Positions 29,378-49,600 of a stretch of 64,000 nucleotides of DNA are shown here, piece after piece. The position numbers and the translations under genes were made by a program. The stretch comes from the human T2T-CHM13v2.0 reference genome, Homo sapiens: NCBI RefSeq assembly GCF_009914755.1, contig NC_060944.1; one strand, given 5' to 3'. The notes beneath the pieces were generated by a model. The model searched no databases and was not told the DNA's origin. It worked only from the letters and a program-made list of their open reading frames with translations. Position 1 is the first letter of the stretch; each line of letters begins with the position of its first letter.

Positions 29378-30283
29378 GGGAGGAGGAGCCAAGATGGCCG
29401 AATAGGAACAGCTCCGTTCTACAGCTCCCAGCGTGAGCGACGCAGAAGATGGTTGATTTCTGAATTTCCCTCCGAGGTACGTGTTCATCGCACTAGGAAG
29501 TGCCAGTCAGTGCACGCAGGTCTGTGGGTGCACGCACCGTGCGTGAACCGATGCAAGGCGAGGCATTGCCTCACTCGGGAAGTGTAAGGTGTCAGGGAGT
29601 TCCCTTTCCTAGTCAAAGAAAGAGATGACAGACAGCACCTGGAAAATCGGGTCACTCCCACCATAATACTGCACTTTTCTGACGGGCTTAAAAAACCATG
29701 CACCAGGAGATTGTATCCCGCACCTGGCTCGGAGGGTCCCACCCCCACGGATCTCACTGATTGCTAGCACAGTAGTCTGAGATCAAACTGCAAGGTGGCA
29801 GCGAGGCTGGGGGAAGGGCACCCCCCATTGCCCAGGCTTGCTTAGGTAAACAAAGCAGCCGGGAAGCTCGAAGAGGGTGGAGCCCACCGCAGCTCAAGGA
29901 GGCCTGCCTGCCTCTGTAGGCTCCACCTCTGGGGGCAGGGAACAGACAAACAAAAAGACAGCAGTAACCTCTGCAGACTTAAATGTCCCTGTCTGACAGC
30001 TTTGAAGAGAGCAGTGGTTCTCCCAGCTTGCAGCTGGAAATCTGAGAACGGGCAGACTGCCTCCTCAAGTGGGTCCCTGACCCCTGACACACGAGCCTCC
30101 TAACTGGGTGGCACCCCCCAGCAGGGGCAGACTGACACCTCACACGACCAGGTACGCCAACAGACCTGCAGCTGAGGGCCCTGTCTGTTAGAAGGAAAAC
30201 TAACAAACAGAAAGGACATCCACACCAAAAACCCATCTGTACTTCACCATCCTCAATGATCAAAAGTAGATAAAACCACAAAG
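29378..30283 (+). promoter_or_regulatory. L1-B 5'UTR (YY1 motif intact; antisense promoter would fire leftwards)
   Basis: CAAGATGGCCG at 29390-29400; CpG-containing ~906-bp UTR upstream of the ORF1 ATG at 30284. Confidence 0.8.
29754..29828 (-). pseudogene. L1 ORF0 remnant, truncated by the same stop as in L1-A
   Basis: CAT at 29826-29828 and the same ...AAT CAG TGA premature stop; SVGVGPSEPG remnant in ORF track 29485..29757. Confidence 0.75.
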
Positions 30284-31295
30284 ATGGGGGAAAAAAAGAG
30301 CAGAAAAACTGGAAACTCTAAAAAGCAGAGCACCTCTCCTCCTCCAAAGGAATGCAGTTCCTCACCAGCAATGGAACAAAGCTGGATGGAGAATGACTTT
30401 CACAAGCTGAGAGAAGAAGCCTTCAGACGATCAAATTACTCCAAGCTATGGGAGGACATTCAAACCAAAGGCAAAGAAGTTGAAAACTTTGGAAAAATTT
30501 AGAAGAATGTATAACTAGAATAACCAATACAGAGAAGTGCTTTAAGGAGCTGATGGAGATGAAAACCAAAGCTCGAGAACTACGTGAAGAATGCAGAGGC
30601 CTCAGGAGCCCAAGCGATCAACTGGAAGAAGGGGTATCAGCAATGGAAGATGAAATGAATGAAATGTAGGGAGAAGGGAAGTTTAGAGAAAAAAGAATAA
30701 AAAGAAACGAGCAAAGCCTCCAAGAAATATGAGACTATGTGAAGAGACCAAATCTACGTCTGATTGGTGTATCTGAAAGTGACGGGGAGAATGGAACCAA
30801 GTTGGAAAACACTCTGCAGGATATTATCCAGAAGAACTTCCCCAATCTAACAAGGCAGCCAACATTCAGATTCAGGAAATACAGAGAACACCGAAAAGAT
30901 ACTCGGGAAGAGCAATTCCAAGACACATTATTGTCAGGTTCACCAAAGGTGAAATGGAAGAAAAAATGTTAAGGGCAGCCAGAGAGAAAGGTTGGGTTAC
31001 CCTCAAAGGGAGGCCCATCAGACTAACAGTGGATCTCTTGGCAGAAACCCCACAAGCCAGAAGAGAGTGGGGGCCAATATTCAACATTCTTAAAGAAAAG
31101 AATTTTCAACCCAGAATTTCATATCCAGCCAAACTAAGCTTCATAAGTGAAGGAGAAATAAAATAGTTTATAGACAAGCTAATGCTGAGAGATTTTGTCA
31201 CCACCAGGCCTGTCCTAAAACAGCTCCAGAAGGAAGCACTAAACATGGAAAGGAACAACCGGTACCAGCCACTGCAAAATCATGCCAAAATGTAA
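30284..31295 (+). pseudogene. L1 ORF1, disrupted
   Basis: MGEKKSRKTG... frameshifted at ~30495; later fragments KRPNLRLIGV, ARREWGPIF and YPAKLSFISEGEIK*. Confidence 0.96.
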
Positions 31296-31358
31296 AGACC
31301 ATTGACACTAGGAAGAAACTGCATCAACTAACGAGCAAAATAACCAGCTAACATCATC

Positions 31359-35173
<3,815 letters not shown>

Positions 35174-35409
35174 ACAATGAAAACACATAGACACAGGAAG
35201 GAGAACATCACACTCTGGGGACTGTTTTGGGGGGGGAGGGGGGAGGGATGGCATCGGGAGATATACCTAATGCTAGATGAAGAGATAGTGGGTGCAGTGC
35301 ACAAGCAAGGCACATGTATACATTTGTAATTAACTGGCAAATTGTTCACATGTATCCTAAAAATTAAGAATAATAATTAAAAAAACAAAAACTAGAAAAA
35401 AAAAGAAAA

Positions 35410-35610
35410 TAATATAGACGAAGACAGAACAAAGACATAAAGGGAAATGGAGTCTTGACAAGATTTGAATCCATGTCTGAATTCAACATTACTGCGAAAA
35501 CTTTGCTGCTACTTTACAATCAATTCTTTTCTGATGTAAATGAGTTCAAGTTGGATTTTTTGTCTCTTTCAACAAATAGGCCTAATATATAAATAAAGAA
35601 CATTTTAATT
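35410..35610 (+). other. 3' transduced unique-looking segment (~200 bp) of L1-B
   Basis: Non-L1, non-alphoid sequence between the L1 tail and a second A-tract (35611-35621); AATAAA at 35592-35597; inside the TSDs. Confidence 0.87.
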
Positions 35611-35621
35611 AAAAAAAAGAA

Positions 35622-37667
<2,046 letters not shown>

Positions 37668-40600
37668 AAAAAAAGTGTTTAAAAACTGCTCCATCAAAAG
37701 AAAGGTTCAAACCTGTGAGTTCAATGCACACATCACAAAGAAGTTTCTGAGAATGTTTCTGTCTAGTTTTTATGTGAAGATATTCCCATTTCCAACGAAG
37801 GCCTCAGGGCAGTCTAAATATCCACTTGCAGATTCTAAGAAAAGAGTGTTTCAGAACTGCTCTATGAACAGGTCTGTTCAAACCTGTGAGTTGAATGCAA
37901 ACATCGCAAACAAGTTTCTGAAAATGTTTCTGCCTAATTTTTTTGTGAAGATATTTCCTTTTCCACCATAGGCCTCAAAGCACTACAAAAGTTCACTTGC
38001 AGATTCTACAAAAAGAGTGTTTCAAAACTGCTCTTTCAAAAGAAAGGTACAACTCTGTGAGTTTAATGCACACGTCACAAAGAAGTTTCTGAGAATGCTC
38101 TGTCTTGTTTTTATGTGAAGATATTCCCGTTACCAACGAAGGCCTCAAAGCAGTCCAAATATCCACTTGCAGATTCTATGATAAGAGTGTTTCCAAAATG
38201 CTCTATGAACAGGTATGTTCAACTCTGTGAGCTGAATGCGAACATCACAAAGAAGTTTCTGAGAATGCTTCTGTCTAGTTTTTACGTGAAGATATTTCCT
38301 TTTCCACCATAGACCTCAAAGTTCTCCAAATGTCCATTTGTAGATTTTACAAAAAGAGTGTTTCAAAACTGTTGTATCAAAAGAAAGTTTCAAACCTGTT
38401 AGTTGAATGCTCATATCACAAAGAAGTTTCTGAGAATGCTCCTGTCTAGTTTTTATGTGAAGATATTCCCGTTTCCAATGAAGGCCTCATGGCAGTCCAA
38501 TTATCCACTTGCAGATTCTACGAAAAGAGTGTTTCAAAACTATTCTATAAATGGTATGTTCATCTCTCTTTGTTGAATGCAAACATCAGAAAGAATTTTC
38601 TTAGAATGATTATGTCTGGTTTTTATGTGGAGATATTTCCTTTTCCACCATAGGTCTCAAAGCTTTCAAATGTCCACTTGCAGATGGTACAAAAAGACTG
38701 TTTCAAAACTGCTCTATCAAAAGAAAGGTTCCACTCTGTGAGTTGAATACACATATCACAAAGAAGTTCCTGAGAATGCTTCTGTCAAGTTTTTATGTGA
38801 AGATATTCCCGTTACCAACGAGGACCTCAAAGCAGTCCAAATATCCACTTGCAGATTCTATGAAAAGAGTGTTTTAAAACTGCTCTATGAAAAGTATGTT
38901 CAACTCTGTGAGTTGAAAGGAAACATCACAAAGAAGTTTCTGAGAATGCTTCTGTCTGGTTTCTATGTGAGGATATTTCCTTTTGCACCATAGGACTCAA
39001 AGCTTTCCAAATGTCCACTTGCAGATTTTACGAAAAGAGTGTTTCAAAACTGCTGTATCAAAAGAAAAGTTCAACTCTGTGAATTGAATGCACACATCAC
39101 AAAGAAGTTTCTCAGAATGTCTCTGTCTAGATTTTATGTGAAGATATTCCCGCTTCCAACGAAGGACTTAAAGCTCTCCAAATATAAACTTGCAGATTCT
39201 ACAAGAAGCGTGTTTCAAAACTGCTCCATCAAAAGAAAGGTTCAACTCTGTCAGTTGAATGCACACATCATAAAGAAGTTTCTGAGAATGTTTCTGTCTA
39301 TTTTTTATGTGAAGATATTTCCTTTTCCACCATAGGCCACAAAGCTCTCCAAATGCGCACTTGCAGATACTTCAAAAAGAGTGTTTCAAAACTGCCCTAT
39401 GAAAAGAAAGGTTCAACTCTGTGAGTTGAATGCACACATCACAAAGAAGTTTGAGAATGCTTCTGTCTAATTTTTAGGTGAAGATATTTCTTTTTACACC
39501 ATAGGCCTCAAAGCTCTCCAAATGTCCACTTGCAGATTTTACAAAAAGTGTGTTTCAAAACTGCTCTATTAAAAGGAAGATTCAACTCTGTGAGTTGAAT
39601 GCACACATCAGAAAGACGTTTCTGAGAATGCTTCTGTCTAGTTTTTATGTGAATATATACCCATTTCCAACGAAGACCTCAAACCAGTCCAAATATCCAC
39701 TTTCAGATTCAACAAAAAGAGTGTTTCAAAATTGCTGTATGAAAAGGTATGTTCAACTCTGTGAGTTGAATGCAAGCATTACAAAAAAGTTTCTGAGAAA
39801 GCTTCTGTCTGGTTTTTATGTGAAGATATTTCTTTTTCCACCATAGGCCTAAAAGATTTCCAAATTTTCACTTGCAGATTCTACAAAGACAGTGTTTCAA
39901 AACTGCTCTATCAAAAGAAAGATTCAACTCTGTGAGTTGAATGCACACACCAGAAAACCCTTTCTAAGAATGATTCTTTCTAGTTTTTATGTGAAGATAT
40001 TCCCGTTTACAACGAAGAATTCAAAGTATTGCAAATACCCAATTGCAGATTCTCCGAAAAGAGTGTTTCAAAACTGATCTATTAAAAGGTATGTGCAACT
40101 CTGTGAGTTGAATACAAACATCACAAAGAAGTTTGTGAGAATGCTTCTGTCTGGTTTTTATGTGAAGATATTTCCTTTTCCACCATAGGCCTCAAAGCAC
40201 TACAAATGTTCACTTGCAGATTCTACAAAAAGACTGTTTCAAAACTGCTCTATCAAAAGAAAGCTTCAACTCTGTGAGTTGAATGCAAACACCACAAAGT
40301 AGTTTCTGAGAATGCTTCTGTCTAGTTTTTAAGTGAAGACATTTCCTTTTACACCATAGGTCTCAAAGGTCTCCAAATGTCCACTTGCAAATTCTACAAA
40401 AAGATTGTTTCTAAACTGCTCTATCAAAAGAAAGGTGCAACCCTTTAGGTGAATGCACAAATCAAAAAGCAGTTTCTGAGAATTCTTCTGTCTAGTTTTT
40501 ATGTGAAGATATCCCCATTACCAAAGAAGGCCTCAAAGCCGTCCAAATATCCAGTTGCAGATTCTAAGAAAAGAGTGTTTCAAAACAGCCCTATGAACAG

Positions 40601-43600
40601 GTATGTCCAACTCTGTGAGTTGAATGCAAACATCACAAAGGAGTTTTTGAGAATACTTCTGACTAGTTTTTTCGAGAAGATATTTCCTTTTCCACCGTAG
40701 GCCTAAAAGCACTCCAAATGTCCACTTGCAGATTCTACAAAAAGAGTTTTTCAAAACTGCTCTATCTAAAGAAAAGTTCAAGTATCTGAGTTGGATGCAC
40801 ACATCACAAAGAAGTTTCTGAGAATGCTTCTGTCTAGTTTTTATGGAAATATATTCCCATTTCCAACGAAGGCCTCAAGGCAGTCAAAATATCCACTTGC
40901 AGATTCTACGAAAAGAGTGTTTCAAAACTGGGCTATTAAAGGGTATGTTCAGCTCCGTGAGTTGAATGAAAACATCACAAAGAAGTTTCTGAGAATGCTT
41001 CTGTCTAGTTTTTATGTGAAGATATTTCCTTTTCCGTCATAGGCCTCAAAGCTCTCCAAATGTCCCCTTGCAGATTCTACAAAAAAAGTGTTTCATAACT
41101 GCTCTATCAGAAGAAAGGTTCAACTCTGTGAGTTGAATGCACACATCACAAAGAAGTTTCTGAGAATTTTCTGTCTAGTTTTTATGTGAAGATATTCCCG
41201 TTTCCAACGAAGGCCTCAAAACAGTCCAAATATCCACTTGCAGATTCTACGAAAATAGTGTTTAAAAACTGCTCTATGAACAGGTATGTTCAACTCTGTG
41301 AGTTGAATGGAAACATCCCAAAGACGTTTCTGAGAATGCTTCTGCCTAGTTTTTATGTGAAGATATTTCCTTTTCCACCGGAGGCCTGAAAGCTCTCCAA
41401 ATGTCCACTTTCAGATTCTTCAAAAAGAGGTTTTCAAAACTGTTCAATCAAAAGAAAAGTTCAAGTCTGTGAGTTGAAGGCACACATCACAGTGAAGTTT
41501 CTGAGAATGCTTCTCTCTTTTTTATGGGAAGACATTCCCATTTCCAACAAAGGCCTCAAAGCAGTCCAAATATACACTTGTAGATTCTACGAAAAGAGTG
41601 TTTCAAAACTGATCTATGAAAAGCTATGTTCAACTCTGTGAGTTGAATACAGACATCACAAAGAAGATTATGAGAATTCTTCTGTCTGTTTTTATGTGAA
41701 GACATTTCCTTTTCCACCATAGTCCTCAAAGCTCTCCAAATGTATACTTGCATTTACTTGATAAAGAGTGTTTCAAAACTGCTCTATCAAAGGAAAGGTT
41801 CAAGTCTGCGTGTTGAATGCACACACAACAAAGAAGTTTCTCAGAATGCTTCTGTCTATTTTTCATGTGAATAAATTCCCGTTTCCAAAGAAGTTCTCAT
41901 AGCAGTGCAAATATCTAATTGCAGATATACGAAAAGAGTATTTCAAAAGTTCTCTATTGAAAGGCATGTTCAACTCTATGAGATGAATGCAAACATCAGA
42001 AAGAAGTTTCTGAGACTGCTTCTGACTAGTTTTTTTGTGAACATATTTCCTTTTCCACCGTAGGCCTCAAAGTTCTCAAAATGTTCACTTGCATATTCTA
42101 CAAAAAGAGTGTTTCAAAACTGCTCTATCAAAGGAAATCTTCAACCTTGTGTGTTGAATGCACACATCACAAAATATTTCTGAGAATGCTTCTATTTTTT
42201 ATGTGAAGATATTCCCATTTCCAACGAATACCTTTAAGGAGTCCAAATATCCAACTGCAGGTTCTACGAAAAGAGTGTTTCAAAGCTGCTCTATGAAAAG
42301 ATATGTTCAACTCTGTTAGTTGAATGCAAACATCACAAAGAAGTTTCTGAGACTCCTTCTGACTAGTTTTTTTGTGAACATATTTCCTTTTCCAACGTAG
42401 TCCTCAAAGATCTCAAAATGTTCACGTGCAGATTATAAAAAGGAATATTTCAAAACTGCTCTATCAAAAGAAAGTTTCAACTCTGTGAGTTGAATGCACA
42501 CATCACAAAGAAGTTTCTGAGAATGCTTCTGTCTAGATTTTATGGGAAGATATTCCCGTTTGCAACGAAGAACTCAAAGCAGTCCAAATATCCACTTGGA
42601 GATTCTACGAAAAGAGTGTTTCAAGACTGCTCTATGAAAAGTATGTTCAACTCTGTGAGTGGAATGCAAACATCACAAAGAATTTTCTGAGAATGCTTCT
42701 TTCTAGTTTTTATGTGAAGTTATTTCCTTTTCCACCACAGGACCCACAGCGCTCCAAATGTCCACTTGCAGATTCTACAAAAAGAGCGTTTCAAAACTGC
42801 TCTATCAAAGGAAAGGTGTAAGTCTGTGCGTTGAATGCACACACCAGAAAGAAGTTTCTGAGAATGCTTCTGTCTAGTTTTTATGTGAAGATACTCCCGT
42901 TTCCAATGAGGGCGTCAAAGCAGTCCAAATATCCACTTACAGATTCTACGAAAAGAGTGTTTCTAAACTGCTCTATGAAAAGGTATGTTCAACTCTGTGA
43001 GATGAAAGAAAACATCACAAAGAATTTTCTGACTGCTTCTGACTGGTTTTTTTGTGAACATATTTCCTTTTCCACCGTAGGCCTCAAAATTCTGAAAATG
43101 TCCACTGGCAGATTCTACAAAAAGTGTTTCAACACTGCTCTATCAAAAGAAAGCTTCAAGTCTGTGAGTTGAACGCAAACATCAGAAAGGAGTTTCTGAG
43201 AATGCTTCTGTCTAGTTTTTATGGGAATATATTCCCATTCCCAATGAATGCCTTAAAGGAGTCAAAATATCCACTTGCAGATTCTACGAAAACAGTGTTT
43301 CAAAACTGCTGTTAGAAAAGGTATGTTCAACTCTGTGAATTGAATGCAAACATCACAAACAAGTTTCTGAGAATACTTCTGTCTAGTTTTTATGTGAAGA
43401 TACTTCCTTTTGCACTGTAGGCCTCAAAGCTCTCCTAATGTCCAACTGCAGATCCTACAAAAAGAGTGTTTCAAAACTGCTCTATCAAAACAAAGGTTCA
43501 AATCTGTGAGTTCAATGCACACATCAACAGGAAGTTTCTGAGAATGCTTCTGTCTAGTTTTTATGTGAAGTTATCCCCGTTTCCAACGAAGGCCTCAAAG

Positions 43601-46600
43601 CAGTCCAAATATCCACTTGCAGATTCTAAGAAAAGGGTGTTTCAAAACTGCCCTATGAACGGGTATGTTCAACAACGTGAGTTGAACCCAAACATCACAA
43701 AGAAGTTTCTGAGAATGCTTCTGTCTAGTTTTTTTGTAAAGATATTTCCTTTTCTACCGTAGGCCTAAAAGCACTCCAAGTGTCCACTTGCACATTCTAC
43801 GAAAAGAGTTTTTCAAAACTGCTCTATCAAAACAAAAGTTCAAGTCTGTGAGTTGGATGCACATATCACAAAGAAGTTTCTGAGAATGCTTCTGTCTAGT
43901 TTTTTTTGTTAATAGATACCCATTTCCAGCGAAGGCCTCAAAGCAGCTTAAATATCCACTTGCAAATCCCACGGAAAGAGTTTTTCAAAACTGGGCTGTG
44001 AAAAGGTATGTTCAACTCCGTAAGTTGAATGAAAATATAACAAAGAAGTTTCTGAGAATGCTTCTGTCTAGTTTTTATGTGAATATATTCCCATTTCCGA
44101 CGAAGGCCTCAAACCTGTCCAAATATCCAATTTCTGATTCTACGAAAAGAGTGTTTCAAAACTGATATATGAAATGGTATGTTCAGCTCTGTAAGTTGAA
44201 TGCAAGCGTCACAAAGTAGTTTCTGAGAATGCTTCTGTCTGGTTTTTATGTGAAGATATTCCCTCTTCCAACACAGGCCTCAAAGCTCTACAAATGTCCA
44301 CTTGCAGATTATACAAAAAGATTGTTTCAAAATTGCTCCATCAAAAGAAAGGTTCAACTCTGTGAGTTGAATGCACACATCACAAAGATGTTTCTAAGAA
44401 TGCTTCTGTCTAGTTTTTATGTGAAGATATTTCCTTTTCCACCGTACGTCTCAAAGCTCTCCAAATATCAACTTTCAAATTTACCAAAAGAGTGTTTCAA
44501 AACTGTTCTATCAAAAGAAAGTTTCAACTCTGTGAGTTGAATGCACAGATCACAAAGAAGTTTCTGAGAATGCTTCTGTCTAGGTTTTATGTGAAGATAT
44601 TCGCATTTCCAAAGCAGGCCTCAAAGCAGTCCAAATATCCACTTGCAGATTCTACGAAAAGAGAGTTTCAAAACTGCTGTATGAAAAGGTATGTTCAACT
44701 CTGTGAGTTGAATGCTAACATCACAAACAAGTTTCTGAGAATGCTTCTGTCTGGTTTTTATGTGAAGATATTCCTGTTTCCAATGAAGGCCTCCAAGGAG
44801 TCCAAATATCCACTTGCAGATTCTATGAAAAGAGTGTTTCAGAAAACCTCTATAAACAGGTATGTTGAACTCTGCGAGTTGAATGCAAACATCACTAAGT
44901 AGTTTCTGAGAGTGCTTCAGTCTGGTTTTTATGTAAAGATATTTCCTTTTCCACCATAGGTCTCAAAGTTCTCCCAGTGTCCACTTCCAGATTCTACAAT
45001 AAGAGTGTTTCAAAACTGCTCTATCAAAAGAATGGTTCCACTCTGTGGGTTGAATGCACACATCACAAAGAAGTTTCTGATAATATTTCTGTCTAGCTTG
45101 TATGTGAAGATATTCCCTTTTCCAACGAAGACCTCAATGCCTTCCAAACATCCACCTGCAGATTCTACGAAAAGAGTGTTTCAAAACTGCTCTAAGAAAA
45201 GGTATGTTCAACTCAGTGAGTTGAATGCAAGCATCATGAAGAAGTTTCTGAGAATGCTTCTGTCTAGTTTTTATGTGAAGATACTTCCTTTTCCACCACA
45301 GGCCTCAAAGCTCTCCAAATATCCACTTGCAGATTCTACAAAAAGAGTGTTTCAAAACTGCTCTATCAAAGGAAAGGTTCAACACTGTGAGTGAAATGCA
45401 CACATCACCTAGAAGTTTCTAAGAATTCTTCTGTCTAGCTTATATGTGAAGATATTCCCGTTTCCAACGAAGGCCTCAAAGCAGTCCAAATATCCACTTG
45501 CAGATTCTACGAAAAGAGTGTTTCAGAACTGCTCTATGAACAGGTAGTTCAACACTATGAGTTGAAAGCAAACATCACAAACAAGTTTCTGAGAATGCTT
45601 CTGTCTGGTTTTTATGTGAAGATATTTCCTTTTCCACCATAGGCCTCAAAGCACTACAAATGTTCACTTGCAGATTCTACAAAAAGATTGTTACAAAACT
45701 GCTCCATGAAAAGACAGGTTCAACTCTGTGAGTTGAATGCACACATTACAAAGAAGTTTCTGAGAATGCTTCTGTCTAGTTTTTATGTGAAGATATTTCC
45801 GTTTCCAACGAAGGCCTCAAAGCAGTCCTAATATCCACTTGCAGATTCTACGAAAAGAGTGATTCAAAATTCCTCTATGAAAAGTTATGTTCTACTCTGT
45901 GAGTGGAAAGCAAACATCAAAAATTTTCTGAGAATGCTTCTGTCTAGCTTATATGTGAAGATATTTCCTTTTCCAACATAAGCCTCAAAGCTTTCCTAAT
46001 GTTCACTTGCAGATTCTACAAAGGAGTGTTTAAAAACTGCACTATCCAAAGAAAGATTCAACTGCGTGGTTTGAATGCAAATATCACAAAGAATTTTCTG
46101 AGCATGCTTCTGTCTATATTTTATGTGAAGATATTCCCGTTTCCAAAGAATGCCTCAAACTAGTCCCAATATCCAATTGCAGATTCTACGAAAAGAGTGT
46201 TTCAAAACGGCTGTATGAAAAGCTACGTTCAACTCTGTGATTTGAATGCAAACATCACAAAGATGTTTCTGAGAATGCTTCTGTAGGGTTTTTATGTGAA
46301 GATATATCCTTTGCCACCATAAGCCTGAAAGCTCCCCAAATGTCCACTTCCAGATTCTAGAAAAAGAGTGTTTCAAAACTGCTCTATCAAAAGAAAAGTT
46401 CAACTCTGTGAGTTGAATGCACACATCAAAAATAAGTTTCTGAGAATGCTTCTGTATAGATTTTATGTGAAGGTATTCCCATTTCCAACGAAGGCCTCAA
46501 AGCAGTCCAAATATCCACTTGCAGATTCTACAAAAAGAGTGTTTCAAAACTGCTGTATGAAAAGTTATGTTCAACTCTGTTAGTTGAATGCAAACATCAC

Positions 46601-49600
46601 AAAGAAGTTTCTGAGAATGCTTCTGTCTGGTTTTTACGTGAAGATATTCCCTTTCACACCACAGGCCTCAAAGCTTTCCAATTGTCCACTTGCAGATTCT
46701 ACAAAAAGAGTGTTACAAAGCTCCTCAACAAAAAGAAAGGTTCAACTCTGTGAGTTGAATGCACATATCAGAAAGGTGTTTCTGAGAATGCTTCTGTCTA
46801 GTTTTTATGTGAAGATATTCCGGTTTCCAACGAAGGCCACAAGAGCTGTCCAAATATCCACTTCCATATTCTACAAAAAGAGTGTTTCAAAAATGCTCTA
46901 TCAAAGGAAAGGTTCAGCTCTGTGAGTTGAATGCAAACATCTCATAGGAGTTTCTGAGAATGCTTCTGTCTAGCTTATATGTGATGATATTCTCATTTCC
47001 AATGAAGGCCCCCAAGCAGTCCGAATATCCACTTCCAGATTCTAAAAAAAGATTTTTTCAGAACTCCTCTATGAACAAGTTTGTTCAACTCTGCGAGTTG
47101 AATGCAAACATCACTAAGTATTTTCTGAGAATGCTTCTCTCTGCTTTTTATGTGAAGATATTTTCTTTTCCACCATAGGCCTCAAAGCTCACCTAATGTC
47201 CACTTCCAGATACTACAAAAAGAGTGTTTCAAATCTGCTGTATCAAAAGAAGGGTTCAACTCTGTGGATTGAATGCACACATCACAATGAAGTTTCGGAG
47301 AACGCTTCTCTCTAGTTTTTATGTGAAGATATTCCCGTTTCCAACGAAGGACTCAAAGCAGTCCAAACCTCCACTTACAGATACTACGAAAAGTGTGTTT
47401 CAAAACTGCTCTAAGAAAACGTGTGTTCAACTCTGTGAGTTGAATGCAAACATCACGAAGACATTTCAGAGAATGATTCTGTCTTGTTTTTATGTGAAGA
47501 TATTTTCTTTTCCACCACAGGCCTCAAAGCTCTCCAAATGTCCAATAGCTGGTTGTAGAAAAAGAGTGTGTCAAAACTCCTCTCTCAAAAGAAAGGTTCA
47601 AATATGTGAGTTGAATGTACACATCACAAAAAAGTTTCTGAGAATGCTTCTGTCTAGCTTATATGTGAAGATACACCCGTTTCCAACGAATGCCTCAAAG
47701 CAGTCCAAATATCCTCTTGCACATTCTTTGAAAAGAGTGTTTCAGAACTGCTCTATGAACAGGTATGTTCAACTCTGTGAGTTGAATGCAAACTATGAAC
47801 AGGTATGTTCAACTCTGTGAGTTGAATGAAAACATCACAAAGAAGTTTCTGAGAAAGCTTCTGTGTGATTTTTATGTGAAGATATTTCCTTTTCAACCCT
47901 AGGCCTCAAAGTATTAAAATGTTCACCTGCAGATTCTACAAAATGAGTGTTTCTAAACTGCTCTAACAAAAGAAAAGTTCAACTCTGTGAGTTCAATGCA
48001 CAGATCACAAAGAAGTTTCTGAGAATGCTTCTATCTAGTTTCTATGTGAAGATATTCCCGTTTCCAACGAAGGCCTCAAAGCAGTTCAAATATCCACTTG
48101 CAGATTCTACGAAAAAAGTGTTTCAAAACTGCTTTAGAAAAGGTATGTTCAGCTCTGTGTGTTGAATGCGAACATCAAAAATAAGTTTCTGAGAATGCTT
48201 CTGTCTAGTTTTTATGTGAAGAGATTTCTCTTTCCACCACAGGCCTCGAAGCTATCCAAATGTCCACTTGCAGATTCTACAAAAAGAGTGTTCCAAAACT
48301 GCTCTATCAAAAGTAAGTTTCAACTCTGTGAGTTGAATGTACACATCAGAAAGAAGTTTCTGAGAATTCTTCTGTCTAGCTTCTATGTGAAGATATTCCC
48401 GTTTCCAATGAAGGCCTCAAAGCAGTCCAAATATCCACTTGCAGATTCTACGAAAAGAGTGTTTCAAAACTGCTCTGAGAAAATGAATGTTCGACTCTGC
48501 GATTTGAAAACAAACTTCAAAAAGAGGTTTCTGAGAATGCTTATGTCTAGTTTTTCTGTGAAGATATTTCCTTTTCCATCGTAGGCTTCAAAGCTCTCCA
48601 AATGTCCACTTACAGATTCTACAAAAAGTTTCAAAACTGCTCTATGAAAAGAAAGGTTCAACTCTGTGGGTTGTATGCACACATAACAAAGCAGTTTCTG
48701 AGAATACTACTGTCTAGGTTTATGTAAAGATATTCCCTTTTCCAATGAAGTCCTCAAAGCAGTCTAAATATCCACTTGTAGATTCTATGAAAAGAGTGTT
48801 TCAAAACTGCTCTATGAAAAGTTACGTTCAACTCTGTGAGTTGAATGCAAACATCACAAAGAAGTTTCTGAAAATGCTTCTGTCTGGTTTTTATGTGAAG
48901 ATGTTTCCTTTAACACCATAGGCCTCAAAGCTTTCCTAATGTCCACTTGCAGATTCTACAAAGAGTGTTTCAAAACTGCTCTAATAGAAGAAAAATTCAA
49001 CTCTGTGAGTAAAACGCACACATCACAAAGAAATTTCTGAGAATGCATCTGTCTAGTTTTTATGTGAAAGTATCTCCTTTTCCACCGTAGGCTTCAAAGA
49101 TCTCCAAATGTCCACTCGCAGATATTACCAAAAGAGTGTTTCAAAACTGCTCTATCAAAGAAAGGTTCAACTCTGTGAGTTGAAAGCACACATCACAAAA
49201 GAGTTTCTGAGAATGCTTCTGTCTAGATTTTATGTGACGATATTCCCGTTTCCAACGAAGGCGTCAAAGCAGTCCAAATATCCACATCCAGATTCTACGA
49301 AAAGAGTCTTTCAGAACTCCTCTATGAACAGGTATGTTCAACTCAGTGAGGTGAATGCAAACATCACAAAGAAGTTCTGAGAATGCTTCTGTCTGGTTTT
49401 TATGTGAAGATATTACCTTTTCTACCATATTCCTCAAAGCTTTCCATATGTCCACATGCAGATTATACAAAAGGAGTGTTTCAAAACTGCTCTATCAAAA
49501 GAAAGTTTCAACTCTGTGAGTTGAATGCACATATCACAAAGAAGTTTCTGAGAATGCTTCTGTCTAGTTTTTATATGAAGATATTCCCATTTCCAGTGAA

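Noticed and set aside
35227-35250. G-rich tract as a novel G-quadruplex element
   Set aside because: It is the standard L1 3'UTR polypurine tract, also present at ~14535 and ~37520.
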